A stretch of 64,000 nucleotides of DNA. It comes from an uncultured SAR324 cluster bacterium. Lineage in GTDB: Bacteria; SAR324; NAC60-12. The stretch is from NCBI GenBank assembly GCA_902564345.1, contig CACFAY010000001.1, positions 25,922 through 89,921 on the forward strand, written 5' to 3'. The notes beneath the pieces were generated by a model that was given only the letters and a program-made list of their open reading frames with translations, searched no databases and was not told the DNA's origin. Below are positions 1 to 10,440 of the stretch, piece after piece (position 1 is the stretch's first letter; the number at the start of each line of letters is the position of its first letter). The position numbers and the translations under genes were made by a program.

Positions 1-1029
1 CTACAGAGCGTTCATGCCCGCGAAATGTTTTCTTATACAGTGAAGTCCCATATTCCCAAATTTGCACTGTTCCATCTTCTAGTCCGGTTATAATCCTCTG
101 TCCACTACTATCAAAACCAAGACTGATAAGCGCTTGTTGAAATTTGTTTATAGTATGCAACTTAGTTCCCTCTAACAAGCTCCATGTCTCAAGACTACCT
201 CCTGCAGTTCCTAAAGCAATTTCATTACGCACAGGATGGATTATTAGATCATTGATCGGATCTTTGACATCAATACCGAAACGTTGTTTTTTTTCTCCCC
301 AATCCCATACAATCAACTTTCCATCCTCAGAAGAAGATACAAATAGATCTCCCTTAAGGTTAAAATCAAGAGCCGCAACTGCTTTTTGATGTCGAGGCAG
401 CTTAAATTGAAGTTTCATTTCAGGTATGTCTCTGAACTGCAAACTTCCATCTTCTCCTCCGATTGCAAGAATATTCCCATTTGGATGAAATGACAGACTT
501 TTTACGCCCCCTTTTAAGGTAACCTTTGAAGATTTAAGAAGTTTATTTTCATTAATATCCCAGAAAATAACAGTGCCGTCTAAACTACCAGAAGCAAGAA
601 TTGATCTGCCAGGATTCATTGCAAGAACAGAAACTGCACTCAGATGACCCCTCAAAACCGCCTTTGAAGTTGTCTGATCGGTTTCCCAAATTCTTACTGT
701 GTCATCTTTCCCCCCTGTTACAGCTAACTTTACTTTATTATGAAGCACAATTGATAGCGCCTTATGGTCACGATTTGTAATAACGCGCTCCCTTTTACCT
801 GTTTGGATTCTGAAAATTTCAATAGATGAACTTCCAGACAAGACTATAGCCTGCTGATCATCTGCTGAAAAAATTGCATCTTTAACCGGTTCATTCCCAA
901 TTTTCAAACTTCGTGAAAGCATGTAAATATTTTTATTATTCGTGCCTTCGTCTTCTTTGGCAAAAGTAGGTTCAAGATTGATTTGACAAAGAATGATAAA
1001 AATACAAATTAAAATTTTGATATTCATTG
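1..1029 (-). CDS. WD40/beta-propeller repeat protein with N-terminal signal peptide; 3' end (C-terminus) runs off the window start
   Basis: Reverse-strand translation from the ATG at 1029 gives MNIKILICIFIILCQINLEP. It is followed by repeated GxDxxVxxWD-like units (GKDDTVRIWE, GSLDGTVIFWD, GEDGSLQF, SEDGKLIVWDW, LEDGTVQIWE). The six-frame track omits it because it is open to the window edge. Confidence 0.7.
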
Positions 1030-1253
1030 AAGAAAATTTAAATTTTAACAATTTATTTGAAAATATTTTGCTCTTCATCTCGCATTCATATCTAATGATG
1101 TGAAAACCGTGCATCTATAAGAAGTTTATGGTAAAAACTTCAACTGAAGTTTAATATATAAATTTCAGACATTAAAACATTGCATAAAATGATGTATAAA
1201 CGTCTGAGAATTATTTTTTCCAATAGCGTAATAACGATAGCAGGTTAAAAGTT

Positions 1254-2093
1254 GTGTTTAATTTAAAATTAAGAAAAAAGGCTGCAGAACAGAACAGCCC
1301 ACTTGAAGACCAGAATCATTCAGATGATGTCCCTATGCCCCTTACTTCACATCTGGGAGAACTTCGAAGACGACTTGTCCGTGTAATTATAGTAATATTT
1401 TTAGTTTTCGTTGGAGCAACGGTAGTAGAAATGGAACTCAACCAACCAATTTTATCAGCCTTTCGATCACCATTAGATTTGAGAAACATTCCACTTGTTT
1501 TTATTCAGCTAACAGAGCCTTTTTTTACATATCTTCGCATAGGCCTTTATACTTCCTTTTTTCTCACATTTCCATACGTTCTTGGTCAAATTTGGTTGTT
1601 TGTGAGACCCGCACTATATTTAAAAGAACGTAAGGCAGTCTGGCCTTTTATGCTGCTATCTTATCCTCTTTTTGTAGGTGGAGGACTCTTTGGATATTTT
1701 ATTGTGATTCCGTTAGGCTATGATTTCTTTCTAGGTTTTGAAAATGAATTTACTCTACCCACCCTTAGTATGGCCAGTTACCTATCGCTTACTATTCACC
1801 TTTTATTTGCTTTTGGACTTGTTTTTGAGCTGCCAACAATCTCCTTCATCCTGACCCGGCTTGGCATATTAAATGCCAACTGGTTGCGCACTAACAGAAA
1901 ATATTCCTTGGTTGTTATTTTCATCGGAGCAGCATTATTGACACCTCCAGATGTTTTCACTCAAACCCTTATGGCAGGGCCTTTGATTATTCTCTACGAA
2001 ATCAGCATTCTAGTATCACAAATGGCAGGAAGAAGCACTCAAAAAACTAACCCTGCAGCACAAAAAGTACAGCAAAAGCAGTCTGAGGAGTAA
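1254..2093 (+). CDS. tatC: twin-arginine translocase subunit TatC (GTG start at 1254; conserved core begins at the ATG at 1335)
   Basis: MPLTSHLGELRRRL motif, six hydrophobic segments, typical TatC length. The first 27 residues are a non-conserved extension, so 1335 is an alternative start. Confidence 0.85.
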   Translation: MFNLKLRKKAAEQNSPLEDQNHSDDVPMPLTSHLGELRRRLVRVIIVIFLVFVGATVVEMELNQPILSAFRSPLDLRNIPLVFIQLTEPFFTYLRIGLYTSFFLTFPYVLGQIWLFVRPALYLKERKAVWPFMLLSYPLFVGGGLFGYFIVIPLGYDFFLGFENEFTLPTLSMASYLSLTIHLLFAFGLVFELPTISFILTRLGILNANWLRTNRKYSLVVIFIGAALLTPPDVFTQTLMAGPLIILYEISILVSQMAGRSTQKTNPAAQKVQQKQSEE

Positions 2094-2168
2094 ATTTTAC
2101 ATAATAATTTTTAAATTGATAAGAAGTAGAAACTTTACGAACTAAAAGTATTAAAAATCTGTTTTTCA

Positions 2169-2777
2169 TTATAAATCAAGCATGTCATTAAGTTCTTTAA
2201 GTGAGCAGACGCTGATATCTGTAAGTTCAGGCCATGCAAAATCTCCACTTGGATCAACATGAACTGTTGCAATCTTTGCTGCGCGACCCACTTGTAAATC
2301 ATAAAGATAATCTCCAACAATCAGAGCTTCGCTTGCGGAAACATTCCACTGGTTCAATAGTTTTGTAATGCCGTGAGGAGATGGTTTAGGTTCTGCACAC
2401 CAGCGACCAATTACAAACTCCCTTGTGAAATATTCTGTCAGTCCAAGGGCATTAAGAGTTATCCATGCATTCTCTTTAGTATTCAAAGTAAGGATTCCTA
2501 GAAAATAATTCTGGCTACTCAGTGTTTCCATCAATTTTTTTAGTCCAGGAGCAGGACTGGCGTTTAATGCCAATATTTCTTCTATATCTTCTAGCTTCTT
2601 TTTTTTCTTGCGAGACTCTTTTAAAGGGAGTGACTCCAATGTCTCAATTATTGGCTGCCCCTCTGGAATTCCCAACTCTTTTCTGATAGCATCAAAATCG
2701 TGAACAGCAATCGTAAGTGTGCCATCCAGATCAAAAATCCAATGTCTGCGGTTTAACAGATGATGTTTTTTGGACAT
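2169..2777 (-). CDS. HAD-superfamily hydrolase (phosphatase, subfamily IA-like)
   Basis: FDLDGTL motif I near the N-terminus and a GDYLYD motif IV-like region. A K5 run is encoded by a T8 homopolymer at 2599-2606. Confidence 0.7.
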   Translation of the reverse strand: MSKKHHLLNRRHWIFDLDGTLTIAVHDFDAIRKELGIPEGQPIIETLESLPLKESRKKKKKLEDIEEILALNASPAPGLKKLMETLSSQNYFLGILTLNTKENAWITLNALGLTEYFTREFVIGRWCAEPKPSPHGITKLLNQWNVSASEALIVGDYLYDLQVGRAAKIATVHVDPSGDFAWPELTDISVCSLKELNDMLDL

Positions 2778-3501
2778 TGTTATTTTAAATAATTTTTTTA
2801 AATTACAGGCTTAACCTATGCATTTTAAAGACACCTCCTAACTTGGAACAAGCCAAAAATCTGAACCTCTGTTGCAGGATAAAAATCTTAACAGCAAAGT
2901 TTAAGGCAATTGAATCTGAAGAGATGTCAGATTTGAGTTAAATGTTGGTCAAATGACTTATTATACAAGGGGATTCCCTATAGAGGTAAAATCTTTTTGA
3001 TGAAAAAAATTACAGTCCTTGATGTGCTTAAAAAAAGACTCTCCGTTAAAGAAGGTTCCAAAAAGTTTCAAAGGTAATTCAATCATAGGACAGGAAATGC
3101 CTGAAAACCGCTATAGAATTGGCAATTTCGCACAGCATCCAATATTTCCTGATCAGACAGTTGAAAAGTTTTTTAAAATTGTATTCAACCTCACGATCAA
3201 CAACAATAAATTTTATGACTGAGGTTAAATCTTTTTGGCTAATACAATTATCTTATTTTAATAAAATCAAAAACAATTTAGATAAAAGTGATTTATCCTT
3301 ATTTTAAACCCGACATGCCAGACAAAGGCCCGTTGGTGAAACATAGTTTGTCTCTCTTTTCAAATGTATCTAAAACAATTTTTATCTTAAAAGATGTTAT
3401 TCTTACTGACCTGAGAACAATATTCAGAGCAACCCACCAGATACCCTACGATCTCTTGGGGGAAATTTCCTCATTTATAATTTGATTAAGAGTATTGTAT
3501 C

Positions 3502-4467
3502 TCAAATTCTCATTTTCAAAATCCTCGGCAAAACCTCAAAGGTTGCCTCTAAACCTCCTGGGGATTCTCCATCAATATCCAGTATGACCCTCTCATTGCT
3601 TGAAGCTTTCAATTTGTAAACTTTTTTAAAAAAAACTTCTGGAATTTTCAAGTGTGAACCCTTATAAATTTTCGGTAAATGCCAGAGAAATTTGGCGAGG
3701 CTGATTTCTTTAAGTATAATCAAATCCAGCATACCGTCATCAAGTTCAGCTTCTGGAGCGGCTAACATTCCACCACCAAAATAACGACCGTTTGCCAGTA
3801 TGCCCAACCTAGTCTGAATATGTTGCTCCTGACCATCATCTATTTGAAATTTTATTAACTGGTTTGGATGACTAAGCACAGATTTTATTGTAGCCCATAA
3901 AAAAAGTGGGGAGCCTTTCAAAAAGCCCCTGGGGCGAGAGTGTTCAATAAAACGGTCTACTAATCCGCTCAGCCCAAAACTGGCAATGTTAGCAAAGTAT
4001 CGAACCTGCTTTGTGTTATCTGATTTTGTGAATGTGACTTTTCCCACATCAATCTGACGTACATGAGCCCTCTTCAGATTGTCAATTGCAGACTGCCAGT
4101 AATTGGGAATTCCAAATGAACGCTGAAAATCACAGCCCGTTCCAGTCATTAAAAAACTTATTGTTGCATCGCTGTTAATAGGCAAATCATTTTCAATAAA
4201 ACCATTGAGAACTTCGTTAAGGTGCCCGTCTCCTCCAACTGCTACTATATTGATTGCACCATTTTGAAGTTCTTGACGGGTTAAATGTTTGGCTTCACCA
4301 CAACAGGTTGTATGAATTAATTTGAAAGATCCAATGCTTTTTTTTAGTGATGACTCAACGTTCAACCAGATCTTTGCAATTCTACCATTTCCCGCTTGGG
4401 GATTTACAATTACAGCTGTTTTCAAATTTTTCCACAAAACAATTTTTTGACAAAAAACTTGCGACAC
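3502..4467 (-). CDS. YegS/BmrU/DAGK-family lipid kinase (diacylglycerol kinase catalytic domain)
   Basis: VIVNPQAGNGR N-terminus, VAVGGDGHLNEV (GGDG motif), GTGCDF motif; about 320 aa. Confidence 0.7.
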   Translation of the reverse strand: MSQVFCQKIVLWKNLKTAVIVNPQAGNGRIAKIWLNVESSLKKSIGSFKLIHTTCCGEAKHLTRQELQNGAINIVAVGGDGHLNEVLNGFIENDLPINSDATISFLMTGTGCDFQRSFGIPNYWQSAIDNLKRAHVRQIDVGKVTFTKSDNTKQVRYFANIASFGLSGLVDRFIEHSRPRGFLKGSPLFLWATIKSVLSHPNQLIKFQIDDGQEQHIQTRLGILANGRYFGGGMLAAPEAELDDGMLDLIILKEISLAKFLWHLPKIYKGSHLKIPEVFFKKVYKLKASSNERVILDIDGESPGGLEATFEVLPRILKMRI

Positions 4468-4535
4468 AATTTAGAATTTCTTATATTGCAATAATTGATA
4501 TGCTATGACTTTCTTTAACTAGAGTAAAATACTAA

Positions 4536-4736
4536 ATGAACTTTATTTCAATCAACCTGCTTTTAGGAACAGTGATTTTTACATTATCTGCGTGCAACTG
4601 GAATAGAACAGAAAAAGCACAGCAACAAATTTATGCATCAGGACCGGATGCACCCTCTGCTCTCACTGAAACTCTACAGAGAAACCAAGACTATTTTAAA
4701 GTATCTGATGATGAACTTCTTAGGAAAATGCGCTAG
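4536..4736 (+). CDS. small putative lipoprotein (66 aa)
   Basis: Signal peptide with lipobox LSAC at residues 17-20. The stop overlaps the convergent downstream gene by 4 nt. It could be spurious. Confidence 0.35.
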   Translation: MNFISINLLLGTVIFTLSACNWNRTEKAQQQIYASGPDAPSALTETLQRNQDYFKVSDDELLRKMR

Positions 4737-5227
4737 TTCTCATAATTTGCAAATTTTTCAAACCTGAAACGTATAGCTTCTACTCTTCTACGATTTACTC
4801 CCAAATCCCAATATCCGCTTCTGGATGCAGATCGCACGTGAATCAGTGAATTATATGCATCAAAATAAAACTCTACATCATCAATATACCGAAATATCTT
4901 TGTGGTAAATTCCACATGCCAGTATAAATCTTTTTGAGTGATAATTTTTGTATTATGCATTGAATTGATAACTAGGTAGATTTTATTTTTAGCTTGTTCC
5001 ATCGAATCTTCAAAAGGTATTGGCATAATATAATTTTGTGAATTTTTTTCCTGACTTGAAACACAATTAGGTGTTCTGGGACATGGTGAAAGCAGCTGGT
5101 TTTTGAGTCCCAGATACTGAGGTACATCGGCTAGAATTAAATTAGACCCTGAAACCAACAAGTAACAGTTAATTAAGCATAAAAGACTTATTACCTGAAA
5201 TCTAAATTTTAGAAAAAAAGTGATCAA
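4733..5227 (-). CDS. hypothetical secreted protein, DUF1499-like (conserved PNCVSS Cys motif)
   Basis: N-terminal hydrophobic segment; CPRTPNCVSS motif resembles DUF1499 as recalled from memory. Confidence 0.4.
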   Translation of the reverse strand: MITFFLKFRFQVISLLCLINCYLLVSGSNLILADVPQYLGLKNQLLSPCPRTPNCVSSQEKNSQNYIMPIPFEDSMEQAKNKIYLVINSMHNTKIITQKDLYWHVEFTTKIFRYIDDVEFYFDAYNSLIHVRSASRSGYWDLGVNRRRVEAIRFRFEKFANYEN

Positions 5228-5282
5228 ACTGGAATCAATAATTTAGTTTTAGTTTAATAATATCAAAAATAAAAAAGCCAGT

Positions 5283-6044
5283 GTGCCTTGCCGTATCAAG
5301 GAATCTCAAGACAAAACAATTGATTTTGGCTGGATTCTTGTATTACGAACGACTCATACCAAACTAATCAAAAAAACAGGAACCATGAAAGTATCCTCAA
5401 AAATTCCTGCGGCAGTAAATAAGCATAATCCTACAGCAAATAAGGACTCGAAAGAAACTGCTCAGGGAAACGATTCAAGAAAAGCGTCCAATTTACCTGG
5501 TAATTCAAAACTGGGTAGTAAAAAAATGCCCCCTAATCCTGAACTGAACAACATTCTCAGGGCTGATACTCATGGTAGCACCATGACTCTACGCCGTTCA
5601 TACGGAATGGTCGTTTCAGGGTTTGAACATGTTGCAAAAAAACAACAGTTGTCATCTGAGGCTGCTGATCAATTTGCTAAAACTTTGGACATTCGCATTC
5701 GAGAATTAAACTCAGAATCAATAAGCAATATTAAAGAACTTCCTGAGTATAAAAGCTTTGCTCTGGATCAAATCAGTGATTTAGGGGATGAAATCAGCGA
5801 TACGATGAAGGACCCTGAAAACTATCTCAAGGCATTTGCACTTCTAAAAAATCCTATTTTTGCGGAACTGATGGAATCTACCGAAAGCGTGCATCGATCC
5901 TTTGCCGAGGTTATGAAAGATAACGGAGAGGAAAAAATGATGTTTGGAATTCTGGATATGATCAAGGATTTTGGTGGCCTCGTCGGTTTTCAGGAATCGA
6001 CCCAAATCAACCAGAACAACAGCAGTGTTAATATCAGAGCCTGA
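5283..6044 (+). CDS. hypothetical protein, no recognisable domain; Lys/Ser-rich probably disordered N-terminus, acidic helical C-terminal half. Likely true start at the ATG at 5385 (MKVSSK)
   Basis: 253-codon ORF with coding-like composition; no TM segment; no motif I recognise. Confidence 0.45.
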   Translation: MPCRIKESQDKTIDFGWILVLRTTHTKLIKKTGTMKVSSKIPAAVNKHNPTANKDSKETAQGNDSRKASNLPGNSKLGSKKMPPNPELNNILRADTHGSTMTLRRSYGMVVSGFEHVAKKQQLSSEAADQFAKTLDIRIRELNSESISNIKELPEYKSFALDQISDLGDEISDTMKDPENYLKAFALLKNPIFAELMESTESVHRSFAEVMKDNGEEKMMFGILDMIKDFGGLVGFQESTQINQNNSSVNIRA

Positions 6045-6423
6045 AGAATATGTAATGTTCTGTAAACAAATTTCAGCAAGGGAAAAATTTTTTAGATTAA
6101 ATCCTGCTTTTTCACATTTCAGATATGTATCATATACCCCATCCCCCTAAAAAAGATTGTGAATACTATTTAACGGGAATCTGCTAAATAGGAAATTAAC
6201 TTAAAGATAGAGGTATCACCATTTGTTATCTCAAAAGATCTATTTTCTCCATGCATGGGATCCTAGCTTGCAAGTTCATGATCCATATGGTTGGATAAAA
6301 AAAATAAATATTCAATATATTTTGTCTTCAAAAATAAGAGATGAGCTTTTAGAAATTGCCATCAAAATCTCATCAGAATCCTTTGCATATCCCCACCCCA
6401 TGAATTACATAAAATAACAGAAT

Positions 6424-7269
6424 ATGAAAAAACCTGTTATTGAATCCCCCATCGGGATACTTGGTATGGGATTTCTTGGAAAAGTCCTTGCTAATGATTT
6501 TGCAGACATTCATAAGTCATGGGGAACCTGGCATAAAAATCCTCCATCTGAATCCTCACTTAAAGTTTTCCCTTTTGACTGGAACAGTAAAAAGTCATGG
6601 CCTGATTTACCTGAATTCCCTGAAACACTTGTGTTAACAATTCCACCATTACTAAATGATCCTGAAGATGAAAAAGTCCGCTTAAATGAATGGGGTGAGT
6701 GGATGAAAAAAAAACGTTCAAATATAAAGCGTATTATTTACATCTCCAGTACAGGAGTTTATCCAAAGCGAAACGGATTTTGGCATGAGGAATCAGAATT
6801 TGATGCAGAGACAAATTCTGGAAGACTTCGTTTAACTACTGAAAAAACACTCAGTAATTTTTTTAAGCTACATGTTATACGCCCTGGAGGAATTTATGGA
6901 AACGGGCGTGGAATTGATATTAGATTAAAGTATAAAAAACATATTCCATTTTCAAGAACTCCTGTTCACCGCATACATGTTAAAGACCTAGCAGGAATTG
7001 TGTTTCATCTACTGAAAAATCCTGAATCAGCGCGATGCGTTAATGCTGTCGACTTTGACCCAAAACCATCTTGGGAAGTAGCACAATGGCTGATTCAAAA
7101 CCGTGAAGATTTTTCTGAAGACATGCTTTGTGAAATTCAAGATACCTCAGCTTCTGTTTCTGGCAATACAGAACGCTTTATCTCCAATCAGATTTTGATT
7201 GATCTTGGAATAAATCTCAGCTACCCAACTTTCCGGGAAGGAATGTTAAAGACTTTATCAAATCCATAA
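6424..7269 (+). CDS. NAD(P)-binding Rossmann-fold protein, atypical epimerase/dehydratase (SDR-like) family
   Basis: N-terminal GILGMGFLG glycine-rich loop, IYISSTGVY and RPGGIYG motifs reminiscent of the NAD-dependent epimerase family. An A9 homopolymer lies in the coding sequence at 6706-6714. Confidence 0.45.
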   Translation: MKKPVIESPIGILGMGFLGKVLANDFADIHKSWGTWHKNPPSESSLKVFPFDWNSKKSWPDLPEFPETLVLTIPPLLNDPEDEKVRLNEWGEWMKKKRSNIKRIIYISSTGVYPKRNGFWHEESEFDAETNSGRLRLTTEKTLSNFFKLHVIRPGGIYGNGRGIDIRLKYKKHIPFSRTPVHRIHVKDLAGIVFHLLKNPESARCVNAVDFDPKPSWEVAQWLIQNREDFSEDMLCEIQDTSASVSGNTERFISNQILIDLGINLSYPTFREGMLKTLSNP

Positions 7270-7406
7270 ATCTGATAAATTAGAAATATAGAAAGCTAGA
7301 TAGTAATTAAATAAACATATATTTCTACTTTCAATAAGAATTATTTTATACAATAAAATTATTTAATATATAGCAATATTTTTTATACATAAAATATTTT
7401 ATAATT

Positions 7407-7856
7407 TTGAAACATTTAAAAATTTTTCTTCGATTAATATTCTTTTTCGTTATCATATGGCTTGGAATTCCTGCTAATTTATTTACCTTGCCAATCAAAA
7501 CTTCAATCTTGAATGACGAAGAACAGAAAGTTGGACAGGCTTTAGTTTATATTGATTACGTGGAACTTCAGGACATAGATGGGACTGCTAAGGGACGGCT
7601 AGGATTTGTAAATATCAAGGGGGGATTCCAACTGTTTGTTGTAATAGATGATCGAAAACAGAATCTAATCGGAAGTGCAAAAAACAGAAGACTTTATAAT
7701 AATGAGGGAAAACTATTAGCTCACTATGACTGGACTACATTCTGGTCCTATGTATATGCACCGGACGGAACGAAGCTTGGTGAAGCAAAGTGCATCGCTT
7801 TTCGAGGTATATGTGCTGCAGGAATTGCAAGCTTCCTTACAGGACTTTTAGATTAA
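7407..7856 (+). CDS. hypothetical small secreted/membrane-anchored protein (149 aa)
   Basis: N-terminal hydrophobic helix (IFLRLIFFFVIIWLGI); no recognisable domain; sits between a 140-bp AT-rich spacer and xdhC. Confidence 0.4.
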   Translation: MKHLKIFLRLIFFFVIIWLGIPANLFTLPIKTSILNDEEQKVGQALVYIDYVELQDIDGTAKGRLGFVNIKGGFQLFVVIDDRKQNLIGSAKNRRLYNNEGKLLAHYDWTTFWSYVYAPDGTKLGEAKCIAFRGICAAGIASFLTGLLD

Positions 7857-7864
7857 TAGAGAAT

Positions 7865-8926
7865 ATGCGAGATATATGGGAAGATCAGCTGAAATGGATT
7901 AATTCTGGAGAGGCTTTCGTGCTGGCAAGGGTAGTCAGTACATGGCGCTCTGCTCCAAGAAAAACAGGTGCTGGCATGCTGATAGGGCCAAGTATGAAGG
8001 TAGCAGGTTCTGTTAGCGGAGGATGCATTGAAGGCGCTGTAATTGAGGAAGCACTTGAGGTTCTTGAAACAGGGCAGCCCCGACAGCTAAATTATGGAGT
8101 TGAAGATGAACTGGCTTTGTCTGTTGGTCTTTCATGTGGAGGAGAAGTTTCTGTGTTAGTGGAAAAACACTGGGCCTTTTCAGATGATCCAGAAACAAGA
8201 AATGTCTGGGACACGCTTCAAGATTCTATAGTAAACAATGAACCAGCTATCCTAATTTCTCCACTGGCAGTTGAAAATGAAAATATTGACGATAAAAAAA
8301 CGCCTTTACTTTTGCTTCCTGAAAAAAACAAAATTTTTGGTGGCATTCAAAATAATCTGGAAATAGCAACTAAGCTAGCACTAGATTCATATGTTAGGCG
8401 TGAAAACAGTATTATCGAAATTGCTAAAAAAAATTTCTTTGTCCAAGTTTTTCCAAGGCAGGATCAACTGCTTATAATTGGTGCCGGCCACATTTCAATT
8501 CCTCTTGTAAGTTTTGCAAAGAAACTGGACTTTTTAACTGCAGTTATTGATCCTCGGAGTGTTTTTTCGAATCCGGAACGCTTTGATGTTTCTCCCGACC
8601 AGTTAATCAACAAATGGCCTGACCAAGTATTGAATGAATGGCCACTTAATGAAGATACATACGCAATTTTACTAACACACGATCCCAAAATCGATGACCC
8701 TGCTCTGCATATTTTACTTAAACACAATCTATCATACATCGGAGCACTAGGCAGCAACCGAACTCATGCTAAACGCTGCGCCCGTCTGGAGAGGGCTGGA
8801 ATTGATAAAGACTTAATCAAAAAGATCAAGGGTCCTGCCGGAGCAGACATTGGTGCACAGACTGCTGCAGAAATTGCACTTAGTATGATCACCGAAGTGA
8901 TTGCTGCAAAACGGGGCCGGTTGTAA
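7865..8926 (+). CDS. xdhC: XdhC/CoxI-family molybdenum-hydroxylase maturation factor
   Basis: N-terminal XdhC_CoxI domain (FVLARVVSTWRSAPRKTGAGML...GSVSGGCIEGAV). C-terminal Rossmann domain (LLIIGAGHISIPLVSFAKKLDF). The track ORF starts at 7790, but the ATG at 7865 avoids overlap with the upstream gene. Confidence 0.75.
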   Translation: MRDIWEDQLKWINSGEAFVLARVVSTWRSAPRKTGAGMLIGPSMKVAGSVSGGCIEGAVIEEALEVLETGQPRQLNYGVEDELALSVGLSCGGEVSVLVEKHWAFSDDPETRNVWDTLQDSIVNNEPAILISPLAVENENIDDKKTPLLLLPEKNKIFGGIQNNLEIATKLALDSYVRRENSIIEIAKKNFFVQVFPRQDQLLIIGAGHISIPLVSFAKKLDFLTAVIDPRSVFSNPERFDVSPDQLINKWPDQVLNEWPLNEDTYAILLTHDPKIDDPALHILLKHNLSYIGALGSNRTHAKRCARLERAGIDKDLIKKIKGPAGADIGAQTAAEIALSMITEVIAAKRGRL

Positions 8927-8931
8927 AGACT

Positions 8932-10425
8932 TCAGGAAGCAACCCATCCTTTTGCACGTTCTAATGCGCGACCCCAATCCAACATCATCCGTGCTGAATC
9001 TTCCCTAGAAATATTTGGAGAGAACATTTTTTCCTGCTGCCACAACTTGCTGATTTGTTTCTGGTCCCGCCAGACTCCAACTGAGAGTCCTGCCAGAAAT
9101 GCTGCGCCCATTGCGGTTGTTTCAATAACCTTAGGTCGTTTTAGATTCAGCCCTAAAACATCAGTCTGGAACTGACAAAGAAAATCATTTGCTGCTGCTC
9201 CTCCGTCAACCCGAAGTTCCTTGATTTCCTGTCCGGTATCTTTGGCAATACTCTGCAACACTTCTGCTGATTGAAAAGCAATTGCTTCAAGAGATGCACG
9301 AACAATGTGCTTACGGTTGGTATCGCGGCTTAAGCCCACAATTGTCCCTCGGGCATAAGGGTCCCAGTGCGGAGCACCAAGTCCTACAAAAGCAGGGACC
9401 ACAAAAACACCACCAGAATCAGGAACAGATTCTGCCATATCCTGAGTTTCTGCAGCATCAGAAAAAAACTGCAGTCCGTCCCTAAGCCACTGCACCAGTG
9501 CACCAGCAATGAAAACTGAACCCTCAAGGGCATAAGTAACTTCTTGATTAATTTGCCAAGCTATTGTTGTAATTAGACCATGCTTTGAATGAACCTTTTC
9601 GGAGCCTGTATTTGAGATCATAAAGCAGCCAGTACCATAGGTGTTTTTTGCCATTCCTATTTCAAAGCATGCTTGGCCAAAAAGTGCTGCCTGCTGGTCT
9701 CCAGCTACGCCTGAAATAGGAGCAGAACCTCCAAATAAATCTGGATCAATCTCTGCAATAATACCACTTGAGGGTTTAACATCCGGAAGGGTCTCACGAG
9801 GAATATTGAATCGAGCCAGTATTTCATCATCCCATGAACATGTATCAATATTGAAAACCATCGTCCGAGAAGCATTGCTAATCTCAGTGGCGTGAACCTG
9901 ACCACTTGTCATTTGCCAAATTAGCCAAGAATCGACAGTTCCAAAACAAAGAGTCCCATATCCTGCCAACTTGATGGCCTCTGGAACATTTTCCATAATC
10001 CAGCGCATTTTTGTTCCAGAAAAATAAGGATCAGTTACCAGTCCAGTCCTATTTCTCAGTACATGGTCAAAACCCTCATCTTTCAACTGCTCACAATAAT
10101 CAGCAGTTCGGCGACACTGCCAGTTGATAGCCGGCGTAATTGCTTCTCCAGAATTTCTGTTCCATGCAATAGTGGTCTCTCGCTGATTTGTAATTCCCAC
10201 AGCGGCAATGTCTTTCATTTTCAGTGCTGCTTTCTTCAATACTTCCCGAATGGTTTGAGACTGGCTGACCCATATTTCCTGCGGATCCTGCTCTACCCAT
10301 CCTGACTGTGGATAGTAACAGGCTAATGGTGTGCTTGCTTCCGCAACTATTTCACCTTTTTCACTAAAAAGAATTGTACGTGAACTCGTAGTACCTTGGT
10401 CCAATGCCATGACTATTTTTGTCAT
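8932..10425 (-). CDS. glpK: glycerol kinase
   Basis: MALDQGTTSSRTILF N-terminus, FGGT sugar-kinase signature, 497 aa. Confidence 0.95.
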   Translation of the reverse strand: MTKIVMALDQGTTSSRTILFSEKGEIVAEASTPLACYYPQSGWVEQDPQEIWVSQSQTIREVLKKAALKMKDIAAVGITNQRETTIAWNRNSGEAITPAINWQCRRTADYCEQLKDEGFDHVLRNRTGLVTDPYFSGTKMRWIMENVPEAIKLAGYGTLCFGTVDSWLIWQMTSGQVHATEISNASRTMVFNIDTCSWDDEILARFNIPRETLPDVKPSSGIIAEIDPDLFGGSAPISGVAGDQQAALFGQACFEIGMAKNTYGTGCFMISNTGSEKVHSKHGLITTIAWQINQEVTYALEGSVFIAGALVQWLRDGLQFFSDAAETQDMAESVPDSGGVFVVPAFVGLGAPHWDPYARGTIVGLSRDTNRKHIVRASLEAIAFQSAEVLQSIAKDTGQEIKELRVDGGAAANDFLCQFQTDVLGLNLKRPKVIETTAMGAAFLAGLSVGVWRDQKQISKLWQQEKMFSPNISREDSARMMLDWGRALERAKGWVAS

Positions 10426-10440
10426 TTTATAATCATTTTT

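Noticed and set aside
2599-2606. Homopolymer tracts inside coding sequences (T8 at 2599-2606, A9 at 6706-6714, A8 near 24395 and 24756), considered as phase-variation switches
   Set aside because: Such A/T runs encode Lys/Phe stretches throughout this AT-rich genome, and the affected genes are not surface or contingency loci. There is no evidence of length variability from a single sequence.
3019-3485. Three short overlapping ORFs (62-67 codons) in the 720-bp spacer
   Set aside because: Lys/Ile/Asn-rich low-complexity translations of AT-rich DNA, with no Shine-Dalgarno sequences and mutual overlap. They are treated as non-coding, and the region is flagged as a finding instead.
6223-6417. 64-codon ORF in the same frame as, and 2 codons upstream of, the epimerase-like gene. 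I considered stop-codon readthrough or a selenocysteine codon
   Set aside because: The intervening stop is TAA, not TGA. The upstream translation is low-complexity and the downstream gene has its own ATG at a proper position.
7790-7864. Upstream extension of xdhC overlapping the 149-aa secreted protein gene
   Set aside because: The extension lacks XdhC similarity and overlaps the preceding ORF by 67 nt. The ATG at 7865 immediately precedes the conserved domain.
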